A stretch of 60,209 nt of DNA from Candidatus Pacearchaeota archaeon (lineage in GTDB: Archaea > Nanobdellota > Nanobdellia > Pacearchaeales > GW2011-AR1). The notes below the pieces were generated by a model. That model worked only from the letters and a program-made list of their open reading frames with translations, was not told where the DNA came from and did no database searches. Both the position numbers and the translations under genes were made by a program. Position 1 is the stretch's first letter. The number at the start of each line of letters is the position of its first letter. The stretch is taken from positions 1 to 60,209 of the forward strand of contig JAGLQO010000003.1 in assembly GCA_023136775.1 (NCBI GenBank). The letters run 5' to 3'. This document shows positions 17,101 through 26,697 of this stretch, in pieces.

Positions 17101-17335
17101 ACGGGGTTTGAGTGATTGAGGTGGCGGATTGTTGGAGCGAGAACTTGTTCGAGCGATGGGATATTCAAGACAGGGGAAACAAATTTTGGCTCGCGGATTT
17201 ATAGGATTTAATGTATTCAAGGTAGTGGAATGGGGGACAATTTTTGCTCACGGATTTTCACAGACACCTTCGGTGTTCACGGATTCAAGGCAATGATTTT
17301 GGGAATGTCAACAAAGGGGCAATTTTGTTTTGGAA
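17101..17335. repeat. Intergenic repeat array (GAGCGA module, CAGGGGAAACAAATTTTGGCTC module, CACGGAT-hairpin unit)
   Basis: 17123-17200 resembles 18097-18175. The unit 17246-17307 resembles 45661-45723. Confidence 0.7.
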
Positions 17336-17340
17336 ATTAA

Positions 17341-17589
17341 TCATTGAAATTTTTTATGGTATAAATCTCTGATTAAAATGACATCTTCTTTTAAATTATA
17401 AATATATGACAATCTAAACGGCTTAATATACAATTCTCTTGTACCTGCTCTGACATTTCTCATAGGTTTCCCAGCCAAAGGATTTTCAGAAATCTTTCTT
17501 ATTTGCTTTTGTATTTTTAATTTTAAAGTTTCATCTTTAATTTTTGAAAAAATTTGCGTAAATTTTTTATCAAAACGAACAATCACCAT
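17341..17589 (-). CDS. RelE/ParE-family type II toxin
   Basis: 82 aa. Overlaps the upstream antitoxin stop by 7 nt. RelE-like C-terminus (RLSYIY...VILIRDLYHKK). Confidence 0.7.
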   Translation of the reverse strand: MVIVRFDKKFTQIFSKIKDETLKLKIQKQIRKISENPLAGKPMRNVRAGTRELYIKPFRLSYIYNLKEDVILIRDLYHKKFQ

Positions 17590-17849
17590 TTATTCATTTC
17601 TTCCTCTAAGGTATCTAGTTCAACTTCCACATATTCACCCGTATCCATTCTTTTTTCAGCTTCCCTAGTTCTATTTTCAAATTCTAAATCTTCTAATATG
17701 CTTGCTTCAACATCAGATTCATTTGTTAGTATTATTTTATTATTTTCAATTACTACAATAAAATTATCTCCTTCATTAAAATTTTTTCTCATTTCTTGAG
17801 GAATTACTATTTGCCCACGGGAACTTAATTTTGTCATACCTATTGTCAT
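17583..17849 (-). CDS. AbrB/SpoVT-type antitoxin
   Basis: MTKLSSRGQIVIPQEMRK is a swapped-hairpin motif, followed by an acidic C-terminus. I chose the ATG at 17849 or 17837 because the longer track ORF runs into repeats. Confidence 0.7.
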   Translation of the reverse strand: MTIGMTKLSSRGQIVIPQEMRKNFNEGDNFIVVIENNKIILTNESDVEASILEDLEFENRTREAEKRMDTGEYVEVELDTLEEEMNKW

Positions 17850-17902
17850 AGTAAGATTAAACTTATTTAATATATAAATCTTCCTTTGTGTTAATTTTGA
17901 TA

Positions 17903-18250
17903 AATATTCAAGACAGGGGAAACAAATTTTGGCTCGTAGATTTTGGGGATTCAAGACAAGAAGACAAATAGCTCACGGATTTACACGGATGAGCTTGCCC
18001 ATTCACGGCATTCTCACAATATATAATTAAATAGGTTGGGTATATTTATTCAAGATACTAGGTTATTGGAGTGAGAACTTGTTCGAGCGATGAGGTGGAT
18101 GGATTGTTGGAGTGAAGATGGAATCGAGCGATGGGATATTTAAGATAGGGAAAACAAATTTTGGCTCACGGATTTACACGGATGGGCTTGCCCATTCACG
18201 GATTTTATTCCTAGGATTGTTGGAGTGAAGATGGAATCGAGCGATATTAA
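17903..18250. repeat. Intergenic repeat array (same modules as 17101-17335, two to three rounds)
   Basis: attcaagacaggggaaacaaattttggctc at 17906, with a variant at 18137. CACGGAT-hairpin units at 17971-18017 and 18164-18206. ggattgttggagtgaagatggaatcgagcgat occurs twice. Confidence 0.7.
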
Positions 18251-18381
18251 TATATATAGGTGAATGTAGAAATACTTATAACCGAATTATCCTTGATATT
18301 GTTGATTAAACTAATCAGTAAAAATGAGTTGGCGTTGAGTTAATATTATTTTTACAAATAAAAGTGGAGAAGGAGGTTAAT

Positions 18382-19167
18382 ATGAAAAAAAATACAAAAA
18401 AGATTTTAGCATTTAGTGTACTTGGTTTGTTTATGCTTATGTTTGCTATGCAATTTGTTGCGGCGGATAGAGCTTCAGATTTAGCTAAAGCTGAAGCAGA
18501 AAGAATAGAAAATGAGCAGGTATATGATAATTGGAAATTCAATATAAAAGATAATCCAATCGGAGGATGGTTTAGAGATTGGGAAACTGGAGAGAATTTT
18601 AGTGCAAATATTGCAAAATATTTATTTTGGGCTTTAATTTCTATAGTAATATTCGCTATAGCCAAGAATATACCTGGTATAGGTTCTCAAAAAGATGGAA
18701 TAAAATGGGCATTTGCAATACTTATTGGATTCCTAACTATGGCTTACATTACTCCGGATGAAGTTTACAATCTAATGACTGGATATACTGCATTGGGTCT
18801 TATTCTCGGTGGAGCTATGCCCTTAGTTATTCTACTATATTTTACGATAACTATGGCAGGAGAAACATATAAGAAAAATGCGACAGAGATATTAACAACT
18901 AGAATCATGGCTTTTGGACTATGGATAGCTTTCACCGGCTTTTTAATAATAAAGCTTATACAAACACCTGAAAATATTGATGGAACCGCAATACAATGGA
19001 TAATGATAGTATTATCTGCTGCTGTAACTATTGGTATGACGGCTATTTTTAAATTCATGAGGGTACAAATGCATGATGCATCAGTAGAAAAATATGAAAC
19101 AGACGAAGAGAAAAGAAGACTTGTGGCAAGACAAGAAATAAATAAATTCAATGCCGAAACAAGTTGA
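18382..19167 (+). CDS. Signal-peptide multi-TM protein (paralogue 3 of the 13129/13941 family)
   Basis: AKYLFWALISIVIFAIAKNIPGI...TGYTALGLILGGAMPLVILLYF aligns with paralogues 1 and 2. Confidence 0.6.
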   Translation: MKKNTKKILAFSVLGLFMLMFAMQFVAADRASDLAKAEAERIENEQVYDNWKFNIKDNPIGGWFRDWETGENFSANIAKYLFWALISIVIFAIAKNIPGIGSQKDGIKWAFAILIGFLTMAYITPDEVYNLMTGYTALGLILGGAMPLVILLYFTITMAGETYKKNATEILTTRIMAFGLWIAFTGFLIIKLIQTPENIDGTAIQWIMIVLSAAVTIGMTAIFKFMRVQMHDASVEKYETDEEKRRLVARQEINKFNAETS

Positions 19168-19277
19168 TCTTTATTTTTAACCCTTATTATTTCACTCCTT
19201 TATTTTCTAGGAGTTATTTTTTATTTGCCAAAACCGAAAGATTTTGGCAAGATTTATTTTTTTAATGTGACGAAAGT

Positions 19278-19934
19278 CTAAACTTTATTACTTCTTTGTA
19301 CTTTTCCCATAAACTTCAAAAATCCTATATCTCCTCCAGTGACTTTCGCCTCTTCTAAAATAAGTTTTTCCTTAAATCTATTAACAACTTTGCCTACTAA
19401 ATATGCTATCCCTACTGTGATTATTATTCCCAAAATTAATCTGAGCGGACTCGAATTTTCTAATAATTTCAACGTAGCAAGGTACTGAAAATAGCTCGTC
19501 GTTAAATTATTGATAGTCCCTGTCATTCCAATCAAAATCATCACTATTACGGAAACACCTATTTGTATTTTCTTATCATCGAACATCGGAAGAAATCCTA
19601 TTGTCGCAAAAATCATCGCAAAAATCAATATCCAAATACCACTAAGCAACGCCAACTTTTCTATAGTAATCGGTTCATTCCATCCAAGTCCAAAAATCAA
19701 CTTCGTAAAAAATTGAAGTGGTACTGGAAAATTAATTTCTTTCTCAAGAATATTTACTGTTTCATCGTTAAGAGTTCCCTTAATAGCTCCGAATTCAGTT
19801 TTCTTTTCCCCGATATCAAGAAATCTTTCTGGCTCTTCCTTTTCCCCTTCATCAACATCTTCTTGCGCAAGTACCAACGCGGTCAAACCCAAAAACATCA
19901 AAATAAACGTCACCGCTATAAATCTTTTATTCAT
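19278..19934 (-). CDS. Signal-peptide multi-TM protein
   Basis: 218 aa. Signal peptide, acidic ectodomain, 4 TM segments and a basic tail. Confidence 0.55.
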   Translation of the reverse strand: MNKRFIAVTFILMFLGLTALVLAQEDVDEGEKEEPERFLDIGEKKTEFGAIKGTLNDETVNILEKEINFPVPLQFFTKLIFGLGWNEPITIEKLALLSGIWILIFAMIFATIGFLPMFDDKKIQIGVSVIVMILIGMTGTINNLTTSYFQYLATLKLLENSSPLRLILGIIITVGIAYLVGKVVNRFKEKLILEEAKVTGGDIGFLKFMGKVQRSNKV

Positions 19935-20006
19935 AATTTAATTACTATTTTCAACTTTAAATATTCATCGAGTAAGATTTAAAAGATTGAATGCTTTAGA
20001 AAAACC

Positions 20007-20729
20007 ATGAGAGGGAAAATATTTGTTGTAGTTTTTTTAATTGTGTTTATGAGCTTTGCTTTGGCATTAGAAAAACCGTCTGCGATTGTTGGCGAAAGCG
20101 ACGCTGAAAAACTTCAGGAGAATATTGACAAGTATGCTCCATTTGATGAGGGTGGGGAAATTGATTTAAGTGGATATAAACCAGTAAAAAGTAAGGTTGA
20201 AGAAAAAATTGCTGAAATAAATAAATGGCTAGAAGAAAATGCTTCTTGGCTTAAAGCAGTTTTTGGGATGGTTCCATCTTTTACTATTTTGTTTTTTGTT
20301 AATTTTTATTTTATATTGTTATTCCTTACAATCTTGGTATTTAACGGGAAGTCACTTTTCGGATTTATTGATGGACTTACAAAAGAAATTGATTTAGGAT
20401 TTATTGAAACTACTTGGGCAAATATTATGGGCATCGTAGTTTTTTTAATTTTACATATAACAAAAACTACTGTGTCATTAGCTAAAATAGCCACTAACGC
20501 TTGGATACTTGCATGGGAAAAACTATTGATATTGGGAATTGCCGTCGCGATAATTGTAGGGGTGATTGCTTTGATTGTCCTCGCTGTTCTCTATATGTAT
20601 TTTCCACAGGTTCTACGTACTTTTGAAAAAAAGAGGGAAGAGGCAAAAGAAAAGAAAGCCAAAAGAAAACAGGATTTAGACCGACAGGCGCTAGATACAA
20701 TTATTCAAAAAGCTACTCAGGATGCATAA
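20007..20729 (+). CDS. Signal-peptide multi-TM protein with a K/E-rich C-terminal tail
   Basis: 240 aa with the same architecture as 19278..19934. Confidence 0.55.
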   Translation: MRGKIFVVVFLIVFMSFALALEKPSAIVGESDAEKLQENIDKYAPFDEGGEIDLSGYKPVKSKVEEKIAEINKWLEENASWLKAVFGMVPSFTILFFVNFYFILLFLTILVFNGKSLFGFIDGLTKEIDLGFIETTWANIMGIVVFLILHITKTTVSLAKIATNAWILAWEKLLILGIAVAIIVGVIALIVLAVLYMYFPQVLRTFEKKREEAKEKKAKRKQDLDRQALDTIIQKATQDA

Positions 20730-20959
20730 TATTCTTCCAATTCTTTTTCTGGCTTCTTTATAATTAATGCTAAAAAGAAAACTGCGACTAGTGACAAAAT
20801 AAAAGATATTACTGCATAGGAAATCGCACCTGTTGATCCGATGACTGCTCCTGTTACTAATCCTTGCTTTACTGCTCCCGTGGCTGTGAGGAGAATGACC
20901 CCTAAAGAAGAGAACATAATCGCAAGACTGACGCCTAAAAGCATACCTATCATCACCAT
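20717..20959 (-). CDS. Small 3-TM membrane protein
   Basis: 80-aa hydrophobic ORF. I prefer it to the overlapping 20691..21071 ORF, whose translation is not protein-like. Confidence 0.4.
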   Translation of the reverse strand: MVMIGMLLGVSLAIMFSSLGVILLTATGAVKQGLVTGAVIGSTGAISYAVISFILSLVAVFFLALIIKKPEKELEEYYAS

Positions 20960-21186
20960 AAATTAAACAAGTTAAGTTTTTATATAAATATAGTGGTTGA
21001 CATTTTCGTTGATGTGAAAATTGTTGAGGGAAAATTGGGGGATTCCAGATTCCAAAAATTTTCGCAAGCAAATTGTGGAGTTTTTCTTTAAAAAATGAAT
21101 TTTCTATTCACGGCTTATTTAACCTTGTCATACAACCTATTAGAACTGTTATATAATTTTATAAAGTTATTTTATATCGAAGATAT

Positions 21187-22143
21187 ATGGTATTGCCTTA
21201 TATTTTATTTGGTTTGGGGATTTTTATTCTGATTAAGAGTGCTGATTATATCATTGAGGGTTCTTCTTCTTTAGCCAAAAAACTGGGAGTTTCAAATATT
21301 ATTATTGGACTTACTGTCGTTGCGTTTGGGACTAGTCTTCCTGAGTTAGTTGTTAATATTTTTGCTTCAGTTCAGGGTGCTAGTGGAGTATCGTTTGGAA
21401 ATATCGCTGGAAGTAATATCGTTAATGTTCTTTTGATTCTTGGGATTACTGCTATTATTACAAATGTTAAAGTTCGGTCTAGAACTGTTTGGAAAGAAAT
21501 TCCATTTGCACTACTTGCTACTTTCGTTTTGTTTGCTTTAATTAGTAAAATATTTTTTACAAATGAGACAAGTTTACTTTGGAATGATGGATTGGTTTTG
21601 CTTGCTCTTCTTGTTATGTTTATTTATTATATAATACAATCTGCGATTGAGGATAAAAAAAGAATTGAGCTTATTGAGGAGGTTGATGTATCTAATTGGA
21701 AAATAACTGTTAAATTAATTGTGGGTCTTGTTGGTATTTATTTTGGTGGGCAATGGGTTGTTGATGGGGCTGTGTTTATGGCCGGGCAATTGGGGCTTAG
21801 TCAATTTTTAATTTCAGCGACGATAATTGCGATTGGAACTAGTCTTCCGGAATTAGTTGTTTGTATCGTTGCGGCAACTAAGAAAAATATCGATTTGGCG
21901 GTTGGGAATATTGTCGGTAGCAATATTTTCAATATACTTTGGGTATTTGGAGTAATTCCTTTTATTAGTCCTATAAAAATTCCGCCATTTATTGGAATTG
22001 ATATTGGAATTATGTTTGGTTCTATGCTTTTACTTTTTGTGTTTATGTTTCTTGGAAAGAAGAAGGAATTAACAAGAAAGGATGGAATAACTTTTGTTCT
22101 GTTTTATGTTATTTATGTTATTTATATAATAGCGAGAGGATAG
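21187..22143 (+). CDS. Na+/Ca2+ exchanger family (CaCA, YrbG-like)
   Basis: Two alpha-repeats (GTSLPELVVNI and GTSLPELVVCI). About 10 TM segments. Confidence 0.85.
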   Translation: MVLPYILFGLGIFILIKSADYIIEGSSSLAKKLGVSNIIIGLTVVAFGTSLPELVVNIFASVQGASGVSFGNIAGSNIVNVLLILGITAIITNVKVRSRTVWKEIPFALLATFVLFALISKIFFTNETSLLWNDGLVLLALLVMFIYYIIQSAIEDKKRIELIEEVDVSNWKITVKLIVGLVGIYFGGQWVVDGAVFMAGQLGLSQFLISATIIAIGTSLPELVVCIVAATKKNIDLAVGNIVGSNIFNILWVFGVIPFISPIKIPPFIGIDIGIMFGSMLLLFVFMFLGKKKELTRKDGITFVLFYVIYVIYIIARG

Positions 22144-22225
22144 GATAGACCTTTGGTCTACGGTGAGCGGGTTTAAGGTAACGGGTCTGAGGTCTGAAAA
22201 ATATAGGAACGAAATATTCTCTAAA
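22144..22225 (-). repeat. Decayed element fragment downstream of fen
   Basis: Minus strand reads AGAGAATATTTCGTTCCTATATTTTTCAGACC, which resembles the P4+junction of the long form (AGGAGAACTTCGTTCTCATATTTTGCAGC). The match is weak. Confidence 0.35.
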
Positions 22226-22244
22226 TGAATTATTAATAATTATT

Positions 22245-23270
22245 TTAAAAAAAATCTGAAAGTCCTTTTTGTTTTTTTGCTTCTTTGATTGCTTTTAATT
22301 TATTTAATCCTGATTCTATTCTACTTTCGGAGAAGTCATGTTTTAGTAAAAGTTCTTTTACTTTTTGTTCATTTACTTGTTTAAATTCTATGATTTCGTT
22401 ATAGCTGGATTCGTATTCATGGAATTGCTTGAATATTATTTGCCAATTAAAATCTATTTCAAATTTCTTTTTTACTTCTGCAAAAATATCGATTGGATAT
22501 CTGAACTGCTGAACAATTTCTAAAGCTCGTTTTTGGCCAAGCCCCTTTACTCCACCTGGATTATAATCTGTTCCAACTAAAATTGCTAAACAAATAAGTT
22601 GATCTTTATCTATTTGTAATTGGTTTAAAACATTTTGAAATTCTATTAATTCTATTTTAACTTCTTCGTAAAGGCCTGTGCTCATTTTCTTTCTTCTGGA
22701 TGATGTTAAATTTCTTACCAAATATGGGGTTGCGTAGAGAAGTGCGTCGTAATCTTGAGATGCTGCTGCCCAAACTTTGTGTGCCCTAGCTAAAACGGCA
22801 GCTTCTGATTCACCCTCTGAAGGAGCTTGAATAACTGGGATACCGAGGGCAATAAGTAATTCTTTTGATTGAGAAATTATATCATCGGTTATTTTTACAA
22901 ATCTTCCAGCATATTTTTTCATACCATCAATATCTTGACTTGCTTTTGCCTCCTTAAATTTTTCTTCAGCGGCTTTTTTGGCAACTCGTCGTTTTTCAAT
23001 TTCAGCTTGCTTTAACTCTGGAGGGATTCCATCAAAAACATACACTGGCTTAATTCCTTCTTGAAGTAGATTTATGTTTCTGTAAAATAATCCTGAAAGG
23101 TGAGAGGTAACGTCTCCGTTTTTGTCCATTAGTGGAGTTCCATCTAATTGTCTGATTGTTGTTAAGAATTGATACAGTGCGTTGTACGCGTCTATTGCTA
23201 AAGTTTTACCCTTTAAGTCTGAAAGACTAATTTCTTTTCTTGGAATGATGTCTGATATCTGAATGCCCAT
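22245..23270 (-). CDS. fen: Flap endonuclease 1
   Basis: MGIQISDIIP...LAIDAYNALYQFL N-domain, I-domain and a C-terminal PIP-like GLSDFF. Confidence 0.95.
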   Translation of the reverse strand: MGIQISDIIPRKEISLSDLKGKTLAIDAYNALYQFLTTIRQLDGTPLMDKNGDVTSHLSGLFYRNINLLQEGIKPVYVFDGIPPELKQAEIEKRRVAKKAAEEKFKEAKASQDIDGMKKYAGRFVKITDDIISQSKELLIALGIPVIQAPSEGESEAAVLARAHKVWAAASQDYDALLYATPYLVRNLTSSRRKKMSTGLYEEVKIELIEFQNVLNQLQIDKDQLICLAILVGTDYNPGGVKGLGQKRALEIVQQFRYPIDIFAEVKKKFEIDFNWQIIFKQFHEYESSYNEIIEFKQVNEQKVKELLLKHDFSESRIESGLNKLKAIKEAKKQKGLSDFF

Positions 23271-23307
23271 AGAATAAGGATGTTAATAAAGTTAATATAT
23301 TTAGTGA

Positions 23308-23739
23308 TTATCGATTATCTCTTTTAAAAAAATATTTTTCAACAAAGTTATGATAATCTGACTCTTTGCCCCCTAATTTTTTGGAAGCCGCAAGGGTCAA
23401 TTCATCCATTTTAACATCTGGAAGAATTTCAACATCCATTAAGGATCCCTTAATTTTACTAACTGCAACTCTTGCTTCTAAGTCATCTAAATCTTTAAAA
23501 TCTAAGACGAATTCTTGTAAATGACCGTTGGCGTCTCCTTTCTTGTTTTGTAAATAATGCATTACAACTCCTATTGCGTCTTTTCCAACTTCTTCAAATA
23601 AAACTCGAGCAACGGCTTGATCTTTACTATAAGCAACTCTTCCAATTACTTTTTCTTCAACGCGCGCATAAGAATTCGTGGGAAGATAAGACAATCTGGG
23701 TAATCTAACACAATAATCAAATTCTCTTTTGCTACCCAT
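23308..23739 (-). CDS. Hypothetical protein
   Basis: 143-aa ORF with typical composition. No family recognised. Confidence 0.5.
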   Translation of the reverse strand: MGSKREFDYCVRLPRLSYLPTNSYARVEEKVIGRVAYSKDQAVARVLFEEVGKDAIGVVMHYLQNKKGDANGHLQEFVLDFKDLDDLEARVAVSKIKGSLMDVEILPDVKMDELTLAASKKLGGKESDYHNFVEKYFFKRDNR

Positions 23740-23740
23740 T

Positions 23741-24019
23741 TTAAACTAGAATATTTATATGAGATTCTACCCTTGTTTCAAGAGACAATTCTTTAGAATC
23801 TTGTTTAATTGGTGAATATATATGAATTTTATTTTCCCTATTTTTTTTGTCTGTCGATTGATAAATTTTTTGAGCTGGATTTATTTTATAAGAATTTTCT
23901 ACTGTTTCTTGTTTTCCATTTATTGGATTTTTTGCTTTTCCCAAGGTTTTGCTTGTTTGCAACATCGATGCGTAGGTTGCTATTGTTCCGTTGTACGTAT
24001 GCACACTTTCTATTCCCAT
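23741..24019 (-). CDS. Hypothetical small protein
   Basis: 92-aa ORF abutting the downstream ORF (1-nt gap). Confidence 0.35.
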   Translation of the reverse strand: MGIESVHTYNGTIATYASMLQTSKTLGKAKNPINGKQETVENSYKINPAQKIYQSTDKKNRENKIHIYSPIKQDSKELSLETRVESHINILV

Positions 24020-24209
24020 GATATTATAGACCTTTTATCTTTATAAAGTTTTTGTTAGTTGTCTCTTAATAGTAGTCACAATAGCTCTTACAAAATAATA
24101 TAAATCTTCAATGTTTTTCATTCTACGGCAGTTCGCTTCGCTTTACAACTTTGTTAAACACAATCTTCTCGACAAAACATTTATATGTTTTGTCTCCGAA
24201 ATTCATTTA

Positions 24210-26675
24210 ATGAGATTTAACTTTATACCTATTGATTTTGATTACTTCGATTTTGAAGGGGAAAATTATGTGCAATTAGTTGGGCGAAACGAAGAAGGCG
24301 AGAAAATTTGTGTTATCGATTCTTACGAAAGTAACTTTTGGGTAATTTTGAAAGAGAATGCTGATGCTGAGGGAATTGCTGCTAAAATAGTGAAAGCTAA
24401 AATTATTAAGCCATCGAGAACTACTGTTGTTTTAAAAACTGAAATATATGATAAGAAATTTCTTGGCAAAGACGTAAAGGCAATTAAAATTTTTATTACT
24501 AATCACAAAGATGCTCATGATATAGCGTCAGAAATTGGGGATATTGATGAAATTTGGAAAAGGCGAGAATATGACATTCCTATTATTACTAAATATATTA
24601 AGGAGAAAAAAGTGCAGCCTTTGATGTGGCACGATGTAGAGGCTAGAGAATTAACTGATGAAGACTTTAATGGAATTAATAAAAAAATAAATTTGGATAA
24701 ATGCTATATTGCTGAGTCTATTTTTTTGACTGAAAAAGAATTAGAATTTACTCCTAAAATTCTAGCTTATGATATTGAAACAAGCGAAAGGGAAATTGGA
24801 AAGGGTGAGATTTCTATGGTTTCTCTTTTTGGCGATAATATCAGAAAAGTTTTAACTTGGAAAGAATGTGAATCTGCAGGTAACTATGTTGAATTTTTTG
24901 AAGACGAAAAAACAATGTTAAAAGAATTTTCCAAACAAGTTAGGGAAGCTAATGCAGATATTTTAACTGGATATTTTTCGGATGGATTTGATTTGCCATA
25001 CATAAAATCAAGATGTGATAAATATAAAATGAAATTAGATTTAGGAACTAATGGAAAAAATCCATCTTTCAATAAGGGAAGAATTCCTTCTGGTAAAATT
25101 TCAGGAACTGTTCATGTTGATTTATACAGATTTATTAATTCTGTATTTTCACAATATTTACAAAGTGAAACTTTATCGTTAGACGAAGTTGCTAAAGAAT
25201 TAATTGGTGAAACAAAAGAAGAATTTGATTTTAGTAAACTAAGTAATATGTCTGACTCTGACTGGGGGAAATTTATGTCTTACAATTTACAAGACTCTAA
25301 AGTTACCCATAAATTAGCCTTGAAAATTTGGACGGATATTTTTGAATTTTGTAAAATTATCAAAGAGCCTTTGTTTGACATAACTAGAGACAGCATGGCG
25401 ACACACGTTGAAAATCATATTTTACATAACTTAGATAGATTTAATGAGGTGGCAGAAAAACGTCCTGGGTATAGTGAACTGCAAGAGCGAAAGATGAAAG
25501 GTAAATTCGGTGGAGCATTAGTTCGTGAACCAAAACCAGGATTTTATGAGAATATTGTAATGTTCGATTTTACTTCTATGCATGCTAGTATAATTGTATC
25601 ATTTAATATTTCCCGGGCAACTCTTCACGAAGAAGAAAGTGAAGACGTTTACGAATCTCCAGAATTCGATTTAGACAATATTCCAACAAAAGTTTACTTC
25701 GACAAAAAACAAGGATTTTTTGCGACACTTCTTTCAGAAGTTGTTGATAAAAGAAAGAAATTCAAAAAAGAATATGCTGCTAATAAAAATGCAATGACTA
25801 AAGCTAGAAGTAACGCCTACAAACTTTTAGCAAATGCTACTTTTGGTTATCAAGGATTTTTTGGAGCTAGATATTATTCTAGAGAAGCAGCGGCAGCAAC
25901 CTTAGCTTTTGTTAGAAAATTTACAACTGACACTATTGCAACAATTGAAGACGCTGGCTTTGAAATTGTATATTCCGATACGGATTCCATCGCATTTTTA
26001 CAAAATGAAAAATCAGTTGACGACATTATGAAATTTTTAAAAGAATTAAATGATAAGCTTCCTGGAATTATGGAATTAGATTTAGAAGATTTTTACAAGA
26101 GAGGTTTATTTGTTGCTAAACGAAGTGCAACCAAAGGTGGAGCGAGAGAAGGTGCTAAGAAAAAATACGCTTTAATGGACAGCAAAGACAAAATAAAAAT
26201 TCGTGGATTTGAAACTGTTCGGCGAGATTGGTGTAAACTAACTAGAAGATTACAAAGTGAAATGCTTGAGAAAATCTTAAGAGAAGGAAATGAAAAAGCC
26301 GCACTTATTTTAGCGAAAGATGTAATTTCAAAATTAAAGAAAAGAGAGATTGATAAAAACGACCTTTTAATTAAAACTCAACTTCGCCGACCCTTGAATG
26401 AATATACTTCTCAAGGTCCCCACGTAATTGCTGCTAAAAAAATAGGTGAGACTGGGATTCCTATTCAAGTTGGAATGGTGATTGAATATTATATTGGTGA
26501 AGCCAAAGGAAAATTAGTTCGTGATAAAGTTATGCTGCCTAATGAAAATGTCAAATATGATATTAATTATTATTTAAATAGTCAAATTCTTCCAGCGATT
26601 GAAAATATTTTTGATGTATTTGGTGTCGATATTCAAGGAATCGTCGATGGAGAAACTCAGAAAACTTTATTTTGA
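24210..26675 (+). CDS. polB: Family B DNA polymerase
   Basis: Exo I YDIETS. Pol motifs KLLANATFGY and YSDTDS. ATG at 24210, with a TATA-like tttatat about 30 nt upstream. Confidence 0.93.
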   Translation: MRFNFIPIDFDYFDFEGENYVQLVGRNEEGEKICVIDSYESNFWVILKENADAEGIAAKIVKAKIIKPSRTTVVLKTEIYDKKFLGKDVKAIKIFITNHKDAHDIASEIGDIDEIWKRREYDIPIITKYIKEKKVQPLMWHDVEARELTDEDFNGINKKINLDKCYIAESIFLTEKELEFTPKILAYDIETSEREIGKGEISMVSLFGDNIRKVLTWKECESAGNYVEFFEDEKTMLKEFSKQVREANADILTGYFSDGFDLPYIKSRCDKYKMKLDLGTNGKNPSFNKGRIPSGKISGTVHVDLYRFINSVFSQYLQSETLSLDEVAKELIGETKEEFDFSKLSNMSDSDWGKFMSYNLQDSKVTHKLALKIWTDIFEFCKIIKEPLFDITRDSMATHVENHILHNLDRFNEVAEKRPGYSELQERKMKGKFGGALVREPKPGFYENIVMFDFTSMHASIIVSFNISRATLHEEESEDVYESPEFDLDNIPTKVYFDKKQGFFATLLSEVVDKRKKFKKEYAANKNAMTKARSNAYKLLANATFGYQGFFGARYYSREAAAATLAFVRKFTTDTIATIEDAGFEIVYSDTDSIAFLQNEKSVDDIMKFLKELNDKLPGIMELDLEDFYKRGLFVAKRSATKGGAREGAKKKYALMDSKDKIKIRGFETVRRDWCKLTRRLQSEMLEKILREGNEKAALILAKDVISKLKKREIDKNDLLIKTQLRRPLNEYTSQGPHVIAAKKIGETGIPIQVGMVIEYYIGEAKGKLVRDKVMLPNENVKYDINYYLNSQILPAIENIFDVFGVDIQGIVDGETQKTLF

Positions 26676-26697
26676 ATAAAAAATATTTTAAAAAACC

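Noticed and set aside
17145-17185. CAGGGGAAAC modules as Orc1/Cdc6 origin recognition boxes (they resemble CAGTGGAAAC of mini-ORBs).
   Set aside because: They lack the ORB dyad (TCCA-N-TGGA), and all copies are in direct orientation with no inverted pair around an AT-rich unwinding element. No orc1/cdc6 gene is nearby, and similar modules occur at three or more loci within 60 kb.
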